64,000 nucleotides of DNA, from assembly GCA_001801305.1 (NCBI GenBank), contig MGXH01000002.1:3054-67053 (forward strand). Direction: 5' to 3'. The notes beneath the pieces were generated by a model that saw only the letters and a list, made by a program, of their open reading frames with translations, was not told where the DNA came from and searched no databases. This DNA comes from Gammaproteobacteria bacterium GWE2_42_36 (lineage in GTDB: Bacteria; Pseudomonadota; Gammaproteobacteria; UBA12402). The position numbers and the translations under genes are program-made. Of the stretch, positions 19,201-28,535 are shown piece by piece. How positions within the stretch are numbered: position 1 is the first letter of the stretch; each line of letters starts with the position of its first letter.

Positions 19201-20439
19201 GATATTGAAAACACCGTCATGGCCATGTAAATAGCTATCGGAATAAATCACGGAAATTTTTCGACTCGGTTGATTGAAATTTAATTCGCGACACGTTTGA
19301 ATGATCGGATCTCTATTCGGGTCATTTAGTCGGTGTGTTGCAATACCGAGGGCGCTTTGCTGATTGGGGTCGTAAGACGCATGGCCTTGTGGTAATAAAC
19401 TGTCTTGTTCAGTGCGGTTATTTGCTGCAATACAAAATAACACAATGATGGGCGGCGCTTCAGCGGACAGTTCTTTTTCAAGTTTATCTAAGCTATACAA
19501 TAGTACGTCAAAACCCTTGTTATGAAATTCATAACGTCCGGAAGTAATCCAGAATAAAGCATTCGCCGGGACGTCATGACGTAAGGTTTGACTTGCCACA
19601 TGATGTAATTTTTCTCGAATAGCAGGAAGATCATAAGTTGTCAGGACTTGTTGAATATGCTCCACATCTAGTCCATTCGGTACGATTTTATCCGGATATT
19701 TTCCGAGCATGATATAGGCTTCATCGGCGGTGAGTGCGCTGACTGTTGTAAAGCAATCGGCTTCTCTAGCAGCAGCACGCTCGACAGAATGTTTAGCGAA
19801 AACACCATATTTTCTTGCTTCGGTTTCAGGATCAAAAGTGGCTGGTAAATTATAAATATCTCGGCGATCACTGGCTAACGCGCGGCCTAATACTGTGGCG
19901 TGGGTAGTAAATACTGTTGAAATGTTATGCGAATCATGTTCTGAAAATAAAATACCAGCGCCACATAACCATTCATGAAATTGAGCAATGATATTCGCAT
20001 TTTTGTAATGCTCATTTGAGGCGATGGCTTTAATGGCATCTGCGACGGTAGTCGAAAATAAAATGGGTTCGATGTATTCGTAATTGCCGGCGAGAGAATC
20101 CACATTAAAATGTGACCACATCGAATAAAGTATGTCGGCAATATTATAACGATTTTGATAATCGAGTAGAATGACTTGAGGTTTGCCTTCTTCCGCATCC
20201 CAATAACCCATGCGAAATCGCAAATGATGGTCTTCGAGAATTTTGGCGATTGGGGCTAAGTGATCAGGAATTGTTTCAACAAAATTTTGATTTTCAGGAA
20301 GCCAGGGGCCAACCATAATATAGCGATCGCCAAAAGAGGCGAGTGCTTGTTTGATTTTTGTACGCAAGACGGTATTGATGCCGCCGACTTTATTGCATAC
20401 TTCCCAGCTTGTTTCGAATAACCAAGTATTTTCTGACAT
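16222..20439 (-). CDS. Fusion of GT3 glycogen synthase and GT35 alpha-glucan (glycogen) phosphorylase
   Basis: N-half has SWEVCNKVGGI, FTTHATVLGR, GRYEFHNKG and YYEPWGYTPLE (GT3). C-half has LAYNLWWAW, YAGGLGILAGD, HLNEGH, ARRFATYKR and EACGTSGMK (PLP lysine, GT35). One continuous ORF. Confidence 0.93.
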   Translation of the reverse strand: MSENTWLFETSWEVCNKVGGINTVLRTKIKQALASFGDRYIMVGPWLPENQNFVETIPDHLAPIAKILEDHHLRFRMGYWDAEEGKPQVILLDYQNRYNIADILYSMWSHFNVDSLAGNYEYIEPILFSTTVADAIKAIASNEHYKNANIIAQFHEWLCGAGILFSEHDSHNISTVFTTHATVLGRALASDRRDIYNLPATFDPETEARKYGVFAKHSVERAAAREADCFTTVSALTADEAYIMLGKYPDKIVPNGLDVEHIQQVLTTYDLPAIREKLHHVASQTLRHDVPANALFWITSGRYEFHNKGFDVLLYSLDKLEKELSAEAPPIIVLFCIAANNRTEQDSLLPQGHASYDPNQQSALGIATHRLNDPNRDPIIQTCRELNFNQPSRKISVIYSDSYLHGHDGVFNIDYEKILAACDLSIFPSYYEPWGYTPLESIAYQTPTITTNLAGFGSWVSSLQLPNQEAVQVLHYGTQEEIVTSLSDCLYKTVQQTDAQKQSIREQVAKIAQLADWKLFYQDYLDAYDQAIEFNDIYYEDIQNEYMASYHTVESTTPRFRSFQHECQLPAQLSQLRDLAYNLWWAWHHEVKLLFQGMDPVLWEKVKRNPIEFLNNVSSTLLSQKMNDPGYMEKYNHLLIAFDQYLNRKSKLDLEVIHADQPIAYFCLEYGLDESLPIYAGGLGILAGDYLKSVSDVDLPLIAIGLYYKQGYLTQRVDHQGEQLIEHATIDPKVLPLKQLSDDSGKPLLIGVEVQNRTIFVGIWKLKVGKVPLYLLDTDVPENNPDDRQITNRLYCNSKTQRLLQEIVLGVAGVRLIADKLAITPSVYHLNEGHSAFLLLERIKMLANQGFSHSEAIEMVRASSVFTTHTPVPAGNEVFDETLIKEYFSKSAQLLGVPIEKLLEFARDFDNAHNFSMTILALKLTAKSNGVSKIHQRVAQHMWQPIWPGLLENEVPIEGVTNGVHLETWLGIPMRILFDTYLGGSWLDAQDDPETWKKMSLIPDYSLWDTHQIQKDRLLNILKERIPKEYRRRSEKESLIQSSLETLTNQTLLIGFARRFATYKRHDLIFNNRERAVKILTNPQMPVVLLIAGKSHPADTLGKNVLKSIIEITRDPAFKGHVIFLEDYDMSLSKALVQGVDIWLNNPIYPKEACGTSGMKVAMNGGLNFSIRDGWWDETSPQAGWSIDTVEMQTNEEKRNAAECDDLLNKLEYTIAPLYYDSKKDTRKSEWVARMKASIMEVSCEFNAHHMVKNYLSELYLPLARYSTQLQQNDFADLKALVRWKERTRLHFNTLKIKTLLVEGIKNGKIQTSGELKITLLLFSGKLKASEIKAELILIRTTDDPMKSSPITMPLTLSDKRESGILTYTAEYKIEDTGLFSYGVRIYPYHPKLVYPHDMNLMIWG

Positions 20440-20445
20440 AGTTCG

Positions 20446-21660
20446 TTAGGCTCCTTTCTTTTTTTTCTGTTTCATTTTCTGCTGATTTAATTGTAAAACA
20501 AAATCAGTTAATATATTTTTGTAATTGACATAGGCGTCATAGGGGTTGTGGTAAGGATTGAAATATTTATGTACGTCACCATCATTCGCATATTTTGTGC
20601 ACATATAATAAAAATGATCGGATGTTTGTAATAATCGCCAAGTATGTAATAAGTCTTTATCGCCGGATGCTTTGACTTTTCCTTCTAAAAGGTAGACCGA
20701 TTGCAAGGCATCTTCTTGAAGCGGGTTTCCTCGCCAGGCTGAAAGATCTCGTTCTTCGTCCGCCCATGAAACAAAATGCGGTGTATCCAATGTCGCAACC
20801 GCTTTAAATTTTTTGCTGACTTCACAAGGCAGGAGGAATTCAAAATCGGCATGCTGGAAAATTTTTTCTGGTAATTGTTCTAAAAATGCAAAAATACCGG
20901 TTTCTTTCCATTGATGTTCGCCGAACGTTTCATAATCCATAAACAGATTGATCACCTCCGCTTGTCCGGCCAATTGATGAACCCAATAGGCGTATTTTTC
21001 AGCCAGCAAAGGATACTCGACCCAAGATTGATTAGAAAAACGAAACGCTACATCATCGGATAGTCGATAATTTTTTAACAGCTGTTGTAATTTTTTACAC
21101 CCGACAGGGCGATAAACAAAATTGGGACTACGCCAGCCGAGCACTTTATCGGCGCCTTCGGTAAGTAAGGTTTTATAACCCATCCCTTCGACAAATTGGG
21201 CGAGTTCATTATTATAAATTAATTCGGTATTACGAAAAGTGGTGGCTTTGTAGCCAAACTCTTTTCGAATCAATTTATGGTGTAGTTCAACTTGTTCGGT
21301 AAATTCTTCTTTGGAAAAAAGATACGACAGCGAGTGGTAATAAGTTTCATCTAAAAACTCGACTTCGCCGGTATCTGCCAATGCTTTGAAAGAGTCTAAC
21401 ACTTCGGGTCGATATTGTTTGAATTGATCGATGACCGTGCCCGATAAAGAGAAAGCAACTTTGAATTTTCCTCGATAACGTTTAATTAATTTAAGCAATA
21501 ATTGATTGGTCGGGAGATAACATTTTTCAGCGACTTTCAGCAAGATCTCTCGGTTGGTTTTTTCGTCTTCATAGTCATGCGATTGACCGATGTCAAAATA
21601 CGTGTATTTTCTTAACCGATTCGGTTGATGCACCTGAAAATATAAACACAGAGCAGTCAT
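20446..21660 (-). CDS. Glycoside hydrolase family 57 (alpha-amylase-like)
   Basis: YFQVHQP, FRNTELIY (nucleophile E), FMDYETFGEHQ (acid/base D), SWADEERD, LQTSDHFYYM. Confidence 0.92.
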   Translation of the reverse strand: MTALCLYFQVHQPNRLRKYTYFDIGQSHDYEDEKTNREILLKVAEKCYLPTNQLLLKLIKRYRGKFKVAFSLSGTVIDQFKQYRPEVLDSFKALADTGEVEFLDETYYHSLSYLFSKEEFTEQVELHHKLIRKEFGYKATTFRNTELIYNNELAQFVEGMGYKTLLTEGADKVLGWRSPNFVYRPVGCKKLQQLLKNYRLSDDVAFRFSNQSWVEYPLLAEKYAYWVHQLAGQAEVINLFMDYETFGEHQWKETGIFAFLEQLPEKIFQHADFEFLLPCEVSKKFKAVATLDTPHFVSWADEERDLSAWRGNPLQEDALQSVYLLEGKVKASGDKDLLHTWRLLQTSDHFYYMCTKYANDGDVHKYFNPYHNPYDAYVNYKNILTDFVLQLNQQKMKQKKKKGA

Positions 21661-21674
21661 CGGCTACCTCCTCT

Positions 21675-22958
21675 TTATAGATTGATGGCTTGTTGATAAA
21701 TATCAACTAATTTATCCGCAGCGCTTTCCCAAGTTAATTGGTCAAGGTCTTTTTTCGATGCATTTACCGTTGTTTCGCGCAAAACAGGATAATCCAATAA
21801 CGCGCACATCTTGGACGCCATTTCATGAATATCCCAGTAATCAACGGTTAATACATTTTGTAACACTTCTGCTGCACCTGATTGTTTTGAAATGAGTATG
21901 GGAATATTTTGCGATAAGGCTTCTAAAGCGGTGAGCCCAAAGGGTTCTGATACGCTGGGCATGACATAAAGATCGGCCATTTGATAGATTTTCTTTGTGA
22001 CTGTGGGGGGTACAAAGCCGGTAAAATGCACATGGTGAGCCACGCTGCTTTGAGCGACATGTTCAATCATGCTCGGTAATAAATCACCCGTTCCGGCAAT
22101 AACGAAATGGACATCTTTTCGCTTCGATAATATTTTTTTCGCGGCTTCGATGAAGAAATAAGGCCCCTTTTGATACGTGACGCGACCTAAAAACAAAATC
22201 ATTTTCGAGCGTTTTTTATCGTGTTTTTTGCGAGATGTTTCTGTGGATCGTTCCGTAGGGGAAATACCATTATGGACAACAAAAATTTTATCTTCTGAAA
22301 TACCATAATATTGCATGGCAACGCTTTTCGTGTATTGGCTAACCGCAATAACTAAATCGGCTTGTTCCATGACTTGTTTCTCAATCGCAAAAACTTGCTG
22401 ATTGACATTTTCGCCGCATCGATCTCGTTCGAGCGCGTGAATATGAAAAACCAGTGGTTTTTTACTGTTTTTTTTTGCTTCAATACCCGCAAGACCGGTC
22501 AACCAATCGTGAGCATGAATCACATCATGCGATGTTGTTTTTGCAATGCTGCCGGCAATAACGGCGTAACGATACACTTCAGCCATTAAATTCGGGCCAT
22601 ATTTTCCCGTAAAAGCAAAAGGGTCACTGCTGGAAGCGCGTTTAACCTGATCGCTAAAGGTCAGCAATAAATCGTGGTAACGTTCTTCAGTGATGTAAGG
22701 GTGCAGCAATGTATCAATTTCGGTAATATTAACGTTCTGTAGCAGCGTTTGTAGCCAGGTGTGTTCTTCACATAAATTGCGGCATCCCAATAGGGAAAAT
22801 TGATCGTGACAAACAATATCTTGAGCGGCATGAGGAAGGACTAAGGTTACATTAACGTCGGGTTTTTTAATCAGCGAAGTGACCATCCCATAACAGGCGA
22901 CACCTAAACCGCCACTGATGTGAGGAGGGAACTCCCAACCGTACATGAGGATCTTCAT
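21675..22958 (-). CDS. GT4 glycosyltransferase (glycogen-operon associated)
   Basis: GWEFPPHISGGLG, IHAHDWLT, GRVTYQKG, PSVSEPFGLTALEA. Confidence 0.92.
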   Translation of the reverse strand: MKILMYGWEFPPHISGGLGVACYGMVTSLIKKPDVNVTLVLPHAAQDIVCHDQFSLLGCRNLCEEHTWLQTLLQNVNITEIDTLLHPYITEERYHDLLLTFSDQVKRASSSDPFAFTGKYGPNLMAEVYRYAVIAGSIAKTTSHDVIHAHDWLTGLAGIEAKKNSKKPLVFHIHALERDRCGENVNQQVFAIEKQVMEQADLVIAVSQYTKSVAMQYYGISEDKIFVVHNGISPTERSTETSRKKHDKKRSKMILFLGRVTYQKGPYFFIEAAKKILSKRKDVHFVIAGTGDLLPSMIEHVAQSSVAHHVHFTGFVPPTVTKKIYQMADLYVMPSVSEPFGLTALEALSQNIPILISKQSGAAEVLQNVLTVDYWDIHEMASKMCALLDYPVLRETTVNASKKDLDQLTWESAADKLVDIYQQAINL

Positions 22959-23065
22959 CGCAATTCCTTTAATATGAGCATCATTCTCAAGTTCTGATCA
23001 TTGTATCATAAAAGTTTCATGTATGAAGAAGTGAGTCAAAAAAATTGATGTTTTTTACGGTTCCT

Positions 23066-25111
23066 TTAATGTTTGTACAACGATTGCGCGAGTTGCAAGA
23101 AAGCCGCGACACTCCATGCTTGATGAATGCATCCGCGTGGATGGTGTGGCGCGTCCCCATCAAAAATTTCCGAAACACAGCCGATACCGGCTTCGGATAA
23201 ATGGCGTGTGAGCGCATCCACACAGGGTTGCAATAATTGTTGAGTCGTTGCACGGTCGGCATACACTTTGTTGACTGCTCGAGCGAAATGCCCCAATAGC
23301 CACGGCCAAACAGTTCCGTTGTGATACGCTTGATCTCGTTTGGATTGCTCGCCTTGATAAATGCCGATGTAATGAGGATCTTCAGGCGATAAAGTGCGCA
23401 ATCCATACGGGGTCAACAAATGTTTGATAACGATTTCGATAACCCCTATCGCCATGTCTTTTGCTAGCGGAGAATAGGGGAGTGAGGCTGCTATGATTTG
23501 ATTCGGGCGAATAGATAGATCTTCACCGTCATCATTCACATAATCTTTTAAATGGTTTGACGATTTTATCCAAAAGACTTGTTGAAAAGCATTTTGGATT
23601 TTCTGTGCCAGTGTAGCAAAATTTTTCGCCGTTATTTTTTCGCCAAAACAGGTCGCTAATTCTTGCATAAAACAAATGAAATTATACCAAAGCGCATTTA
23701 ATTCGACGATTGCGCCATAGCGTGGTGTCGCCGGCTTCCCATTGACTATCGCATCCATCCAAGTGACATTGGTTCCAGGATCGCCGGCGTAAAGCAATCC
23801 ATTTTCTCGCTGATGAATCTGATACAAAGTGCCGGCTTGATAATGTGAAAAAATACTTTTTAACGTTGGCCATAGCCGTTTTTTTATCGAAGAACGATCT
23901 TTTGTTGTGAGATAGTATTGCTGCACGGCCCATGCGAACCATAAACTGGCATCGGCCGAATTATAGGCATTTTCCTCAGGTGTTTTACCCAGGAAATTAG
24001 GGATGATGCCTTGATGTTCCTGTTCGGCAAATGATTTGAGAATCGCTAAACATTCCGCCGCTTGGTCAGTAGATAAGGTGAGATCGGGTAGTGAGATCAT
24101 GGCATCGCGGCCCCAGTCTAAAAACCAGGGATAACCTGCTACGAGCGTGATGGATTGGCGTAAAGAAGAATCTGTATTTTCATCGATGGATAAGTAAGCG
24201 CCTGTCGCTCGCCCTTTTTCATCGCGTATCTCATCTTTTTGTACCCGCGTGAAATATTTCAGAAAATCTTGCCCGGATTGCTTCAGTTGTTGTTCTAACG
24301 GCGTCCCTGTATAAGAACGCCTCAATTTAACGCGGCGTTTTATTTCATTTTGGAAAATAAGAGAAAGATCATCGGATAATTCATTTGATGAAGCAGAGAA
24401 AATAATATCCTGGTGTTGATAACAAGCGATAGTAAATTGACCCGGGGAAAACAAATCTTCGCGATAAGGGTATCCGCGTTCTTGTTCTTCTCGGTATTCG
24501 TATTGTTTATACCACACCGGATTTTGTTCACATTCGAAAGCAGTGTTGATCTGAAAGTATAAGTTTGGAAATGTGGCATAGGGCTTTATTTGATAGCCTT
24601 GCTTGGAGGACGATAAAATGCGCGACATACAGTCGTTTTCATGCGTGAGTTCATGAAAATTGCGCGCAGCAATCATCGGACGTAATTGCAGCGTGATCGG
24701 TTGTTTGGATGAGGTTTTATATCGAATGAGTACCGTATTTCTTAAGTGGGGCATTAAAATTTCTTTGGTGATCGTTATATCGTTGAATTGAAACGTCCAG
24801 CACGGATGGGTTGTTAAATCGAAGCGTTGAAAACAATGAAAACTACCCTCTTGAAAATAATTCGGAAACTGCGATCCGCAAAGTGGATAAGAGATATCAT
24901 TGATGATCACATAATCTTCACATTTGGATAATAGAACAAACTTTTCAGCGAAGGCTTCAATTTCCGCAACGAGCAAGCCATGGTATTTTCGAGTGTGGCA
25001 ATTGAGTAACGAACTCGAAGCATAACCACCCAGATGATTGGTTTCGAGCCATTCTCGAGAAAGAAAATCCTGAGTATTTGAAAAAGCCGTTTTCGCAAAT
25101 GAAAAATCCAT
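23066..25111 (-). CDS. Glycogen debranching enzyme / amylo-alpha-1,6-glucosidase (GH133-like)
   Basis: EWLETNHLGGYAS, AGYPWFLDWGRD, YNSADASLWF, TWMDA, YHNGTVWPWL, QAWSVA. Confidence 0.92.
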   Translation of the reverse strand: MDFSFAKTAFSNTQDFLSREWLETNHLGGYASSSLLNCHTRKYHGLLVAEIEAFAEKFVLLSKCEDYVIINDISYPLCGSQFPNYFQEGSFHCFQRFDLTTHPCWTFQFNDITITKEILMPHLRNTVLIRYKTSSKQPITLQLRPMIAARNFHELTHENDCMSRILSSSKQGYQIKPYATFPNLYFQINTAFECEQNPVWYKQYEYREEQERGYPYREDLFSPGQFTIACYQHQDIIFSASSNELSDDLSLIFQNEIKRRVKLRRSYTGTPLEQQLKQSGQDFLKYFTRVQKDEIRDEKGRATGAYLSIDENTDSSLRQSITLVAGYPWFLDWGRDAMISLPDLTLSTDQAAECLAILKSFAEQEHQGIIPNFLGKTPEENAYNSADASLWFAWAVQQYYLTTKDRSSIKKRLWPTLKSIFSHYQAGTLYQIHQRENGLLYAGDPGTNVTWMDAIVNGKPATPRYGAIVELNALWYNFICFMQELATCFGEKITAKNFATLAQKIQNAFQQVFWIKSSNHLKDYVNDDGEDLSIRPNQIIAASLPYSPLAKDMAIGVIEIVIKHLLTPYGLRTLSPEDPHYIGIYQGEQSKRDQAYHNGTVWPWLLGHFARAVNKVYADRATTQQLLQPCVDALTRHLSEAGIGCVSEIFDGDAPHHPRGCIHQAWSVAAFLQLAQSLYKH
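24152..24250 (-). repeat. Probable degenerate RPE-like element inserted in frame in the debranching enzyme
   Basis: Encodes RVQKDEIRDEKGRATGAYLSIDENTDSSLRQS. The DNA aligns without gaps to the minus strand of the 32906-33032 element (AAAAGATGAGAT-N15-GCGAGC-N4-GG...ATGA). Confidence 0.55.
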
Positions 25112-25197
25112 ATATCACCGCTCAATAGTTATCAAAAAAACTATTATTGCGCGAGTACGAACGGGAGTCTAGTGTTGCTGTTTAAAAAATACTGAGC

Positions 25198-25899
25198 TTA
25201 TAAAGTGATTGTTTCACCCACTTTCAATTCAAGGCAATTTTCTTGGTAATGTTTTTTGAACAGTTTTTTAGCTAGAGTGCCGCTACAATGAAGCGGTGCA
25301 ATTCTTTTGACTTGGAGTGATTGCAAGGTGCGAATGAGACTTTCAATTTCCATCTGATTTTTTCGATACAAATGAAAGCCTCCTATAAAAAGATCGATGG
25401 GATCATGAGGAAAATGTGTTTTTACGACAGTGACAATGGTCGTTATGGATGGATGGGCACAGCCAGTTAAAATTGTGAGCCCGCGCGTTCCTTTTAAAAT
25501 TAAAACCTGTTCGACGATGAGTTGCTTATTGTATAGACCGACTAACTCGCCAGAAGAAAAGACTTGTTTGTCGATTACGCAAAAAGGCGAAACAGAAATT
25601 ATTTTATTTGAAGTGATTGAAATTCGTGAATGCGGGCAGAGATAAATTGATTCAGGGTCGGCAAAGGTAAGTAGTTTGTTTAATGCGCCTGCATGATCGT
25701 GATGATCATGAGAAATAATGATGGATTTTATTGAGGTGGGATCAATAGCCATCAAATGGAGATTATGACGCAATGCCTTACTGCTCTTCCCCACGTCAAA
25801 CAGAATAGCGTCATTGACGAGGCAAGAAAATCCCCAACCCGTTTTAAAATGTGGATGGATGGCATGAGAATCAAATAGCAGCTTAATATTCATAAGCAT
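25198..25899 (-). CDS. Metallo-beta-lactamase-fold hydrolase
   Basis: GWGFSCLV, SHDHHDH (HxHxDH), TGCAHP, GGFH, HCSG. Confidence 0.85.
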   Translation of the reverse strand: MLMNIKLLFDSHAIHPHFKTGWGFSCLVNDAILFDVGKSSKALRHNLHLMAIDPTSIKSIIISHDHHDHAGALNKLLTFADPESIYLCPHSRISITSNKIISVSPFCVIDKQVFSSGELVGLYNKQLIVEQVLILKGTRGLTILTGCAHPSITTIVTVVKTHFPHDPIDLFIGGFHLYRKNQMEIESLIRTLQSLQVKRIAPLHCSGTLAKKLFKKHYQENCLELKVGETITL

Positions 25900-27086
25900 T
25901 TATTGATGATTTCAAGTAACTCATAGGCGAGCAGCGATTTGCTTTTTTTGGGGAGTGTAATGGTTTTCCCCTGTCGAGTGATAATGATCAGTGCATTTTC
26001 ATCGCTGTTAAATCCTTTATTGTCACCTACTTCGTTAGCGGCGATGAGATCAATGTTTTTATGGCTCAATTTTTGTCGGGCATGTTCGAGAACGTGTTCT
26101 GTTTCTGCAGCGAATCCTACCGTAAAGGGTGGATTCGGCAACGCGGCAACAGCGCCTAAAATATCGGGATTTTTGATGAATTTCAGAGAAATGGTTTCTT
26201 CGGAGCGCTTCATTTTTTGAGTTGAAAAAATTTCCGGTCGATAATCGGCGACGGCTGCGGTTGCGATAAAAATATCGCAATCGTGAATGGTTAACATCAC
26301 TGCCTGCCTCATTTCTTCGGCCGTTTTTATGTGAGTGGCGGTGACGTGATGCGGAAGGGGAAGACAAGTGGGTCCAGTAATGAGTGTGACGGTGGCGCCG
26401 AGATCTCTGGCTGCTTTGGCAATCGCATAACCCATTTTGCCCGAGCTGTAATTGGTCATACATCGCACGGGATCGATGGGCTCGATCGTCGGACCGGCCG
26501 TGATGACGACTTTTTTATTTTCAAGTAAAGGTGGGGAAAAAGCGTGATGGAGATGGCTGACAATTTCTGTAGGTGGAATCATTCGGCCAAGACCTATTTC
26601 TCCACAAGCTTGAAAACCCATTTCAGGCCCAAAAATTTTTATGCCTTTTTTTTCGAGTGCTTTCAGGTTTTCTTGTGTCGTATGATTTTCCCACATCGCA
26701 TGATTCATAGCAGGCGCAACAGCAATCGGTGCATCACTGGCCAGGCAAATTGTCGTGAGTAAATTGTCCGCAATCCCATACGCTAATTTGGCCAGTGTAT
26801 TCGCTGTAGCTGGCGCGATTAAAATCATATCGGCCCACCGGGCTAATTCAATATGATCAATTTGCCAGTCATTGGATGATTGATCAAACAGATCGGTATA
26901 AACAGGGTTATTCGATAATGTTTTAAGCGTGAGAGGCGTAATAAACTCTAAACCGGCCGGCGTAACTATGGCTTTAACATTCGCATGATTCGTTTTTAAG
27001 AGACGAATGAGTTCGCAGCTTTTATAGGCTGCAATGCCGCCCGTGATGCCGAGAATGATTTTTTTATTATTTAAATGATCCAGCAT
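25890..27086 (-). CDS. coaBC: Bifunctional phosphopantothenoylcysteine decarboxylase/ligase
   Basis: GITGGIAAYK, APATAN, PAMN..M, TAGPTIEPIDPVR, NYSSGKMG, GFAAET. Start set at MLDHL (27086). Confidence 0.96.
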   Translation of the reverse strand: MLDHLNNKKIILGITGGIAAYKSCELIRLLKTNHANVKAIVTPAGLEFITPLTLKTLSNNPVYTDLFDQSSNDWQIDHIELARWADMILIAPATANTLAKLAYGIADNLLTTICLASDAPIAVAPAMNHAMWENHTTQENLKALEKKGIKIFGPEMGFQACGEIGLGRMIPPTEIVSHLHHAFSPPLLENKKVVITAGPTIEPIDPVRCMTNYSSGKMGYAIAKAARDLGATVTLITGPTCLPLPHHVTATHIKTAEEMRQAVMLTIHDCDIFIATAAVADYRPEIFSTQKMKRSEETISLKFIKNPDILGAVAALPNPPFTVGFAAETEHVLEHARQKLSHKNIDLIAANEVGDNKGFNSDENALIIITRQGKTITLPKKSKSLLAYELLEIINKCL

Positions 27087-27087
27087 G

Positions 27088-27552
27088 TTAGGGGTTCTCC
27101 TGAGACAGTGCTCGTTTAAATTGCTCAGCCAGTTGATTGATCTTTTGCGGGTCGACAGGCCCAATACAATTTTCTCGTGCGTGATGAAAAATCTTTACTG
27201 CATCGATCTGGTTATTGGCATCCTGAATATGGGGCCAATCGAGCATCCAATCGTATCGAGGAAAAAGATGAAAATGCACGTGCGGCGTCAGCTCATTAAA
27301 ACTGCACATATAGATTTTTTCAATGGCTGGATCAAAATTTTTTAAAAATCGAATAGTCCATTGAGATAAGCGAGAAAATTGGGCTAATTCTTTTCCGGTT
27401 AATAATTCGTAACTGGCTATGTGGCGAATCGGTGCGATCATCAAATATCCGAGAATAGTCGTGTCAGCGCAGTGCCAAATCATGATGTCATCATCACGAT
27501 AAAAAAGGGCGTTGGGTTTTTGTGTCAGTTGGCAAATAGAACAAGACATCAT
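27088..27552 (-). CDS. HIT family nucleotide hydrolase
   Basis: N-terminal CSIC and histidine triad PHVHFHLFPR. Confidence 0.85.
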   Translation of the reverse strand: MMSCSICQLTQKPNALFYRDDDIMIWHCADTTILGYLMIAPIRHIASYELLTGKELAQFSRLSQWTIRFLKNFDPAIEKIYMCSFNELTPHVHFHLFPRYDWMLDWPHIQDANNQIDAVKIFHHARENCIGPVDPQKINQLAEQFKRALSQENP

Positions 27553-27568
27553 GCGTTTTCTCCCGAAA

Positions 27569-28372
27569 TTATTTTTTATTGAGATTGTAGCGCTGTACGA
27601 CGGTCAATAATTCTTTGGCCACCGTAGGATTGCCGGCGATGATATCAGCATCCTCTAAGCAATTTGCCGAGAGCCCTTTAATATTAACCACTGAACCACC
27701 GGCCTCTTGAACGAGCAAAATACCTGCCGCAATATCCCATGATTTTAACTGAAACTCCCAAAAACCATCAAAGCGCCCGCAAGCAATATAAGCTAAATCA
27801 AGTGCAGCAGAACCGCACCGTCGGATGCCTACTGTTTCGGGAATAAGCGCTTTAAAAGTAGCGATATAAGGTTCGAGATAATCCATGTTGCGATAGGGAT
27901 AGCCTGTTCCGAGCAAAGAACCCTTTAATTGTGGCTGTTGGCTAACTTGAATGACTTTATCATTGAGTTTCGCCCCTTGTCCTTGTGTGGCGGTGAAAAG
28001 TTCGCGTCGAATGGGATCGTAAACCACTGCATATTGCAGGTGATTTTGATACTGGATTCCAATGGAAATAGCGCAGTGGGGGACTGCGTGTAGAAAATTA
28101 GTTGTCCCATCGAGCGGATCGATGATCCACAAATAATCACTGGATGGGTTATGGGTCGATGATCCACTTTCTTCTGAAAGAATGGCGTGATCGGGATAGT
28201 GCTGACGAATCATTTGCATAATGATTGTCTCGGATTGTCGATCAATTTCAGAAACGAAATCAAAAGGCGCTTTTTCTTGAAATTTGATGGTTTCGATATG
28301 TTGAATAGCTTCTACGATAACTTCACCCGCTGATCGGGCCGATTGAATGGCAACATCAAGGATTGTGTTCAT
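27569..28372 (-). CDS. suhB: Inositol monophosphatase SuhB
   Basis: WIIDPLDGTTNF, RRCGSAALDL, WDIAAG. Confidence 0.92.
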   Translation of the reverse strand: MNTILDVAIQSARSAGEVIVEAIQHIETIKFQEKAPFDFVSEIDRQSETIIMQMIRQHYPDHAILSEESGSSTHNPSSDYLWIIDPLDGTTNFLHAVPHCAISIGIQYQNHLQYAVVYDPIRRELFTATQGQGAKLNDKVIQVSQQPQLKGSLLGTGYPYRNMDYLEPYIATFKALIPETVGIRRCGSAALDLAYIACGRFDGFWEFQLKSWDIAAGILLVQEAGGSVVNIKGLSANCLEDADIIAGNPTVAKELLTVVQRYNLNKK

Positions 28373-28535
28373 CGGAATTCTCTCTTTGTTAAATCCCATA
28401 TTATCTTATCATAGCAGCATTTAATTTGTTATCTTCCAGGTAACTATTCAGCACGCTCGGGGAAACATTCATCTTTTGGATGCATTTAGAAGAGATGCTG
28501 GCGAATTCGCATTTTAGATAAAATAAGGAATCTGT

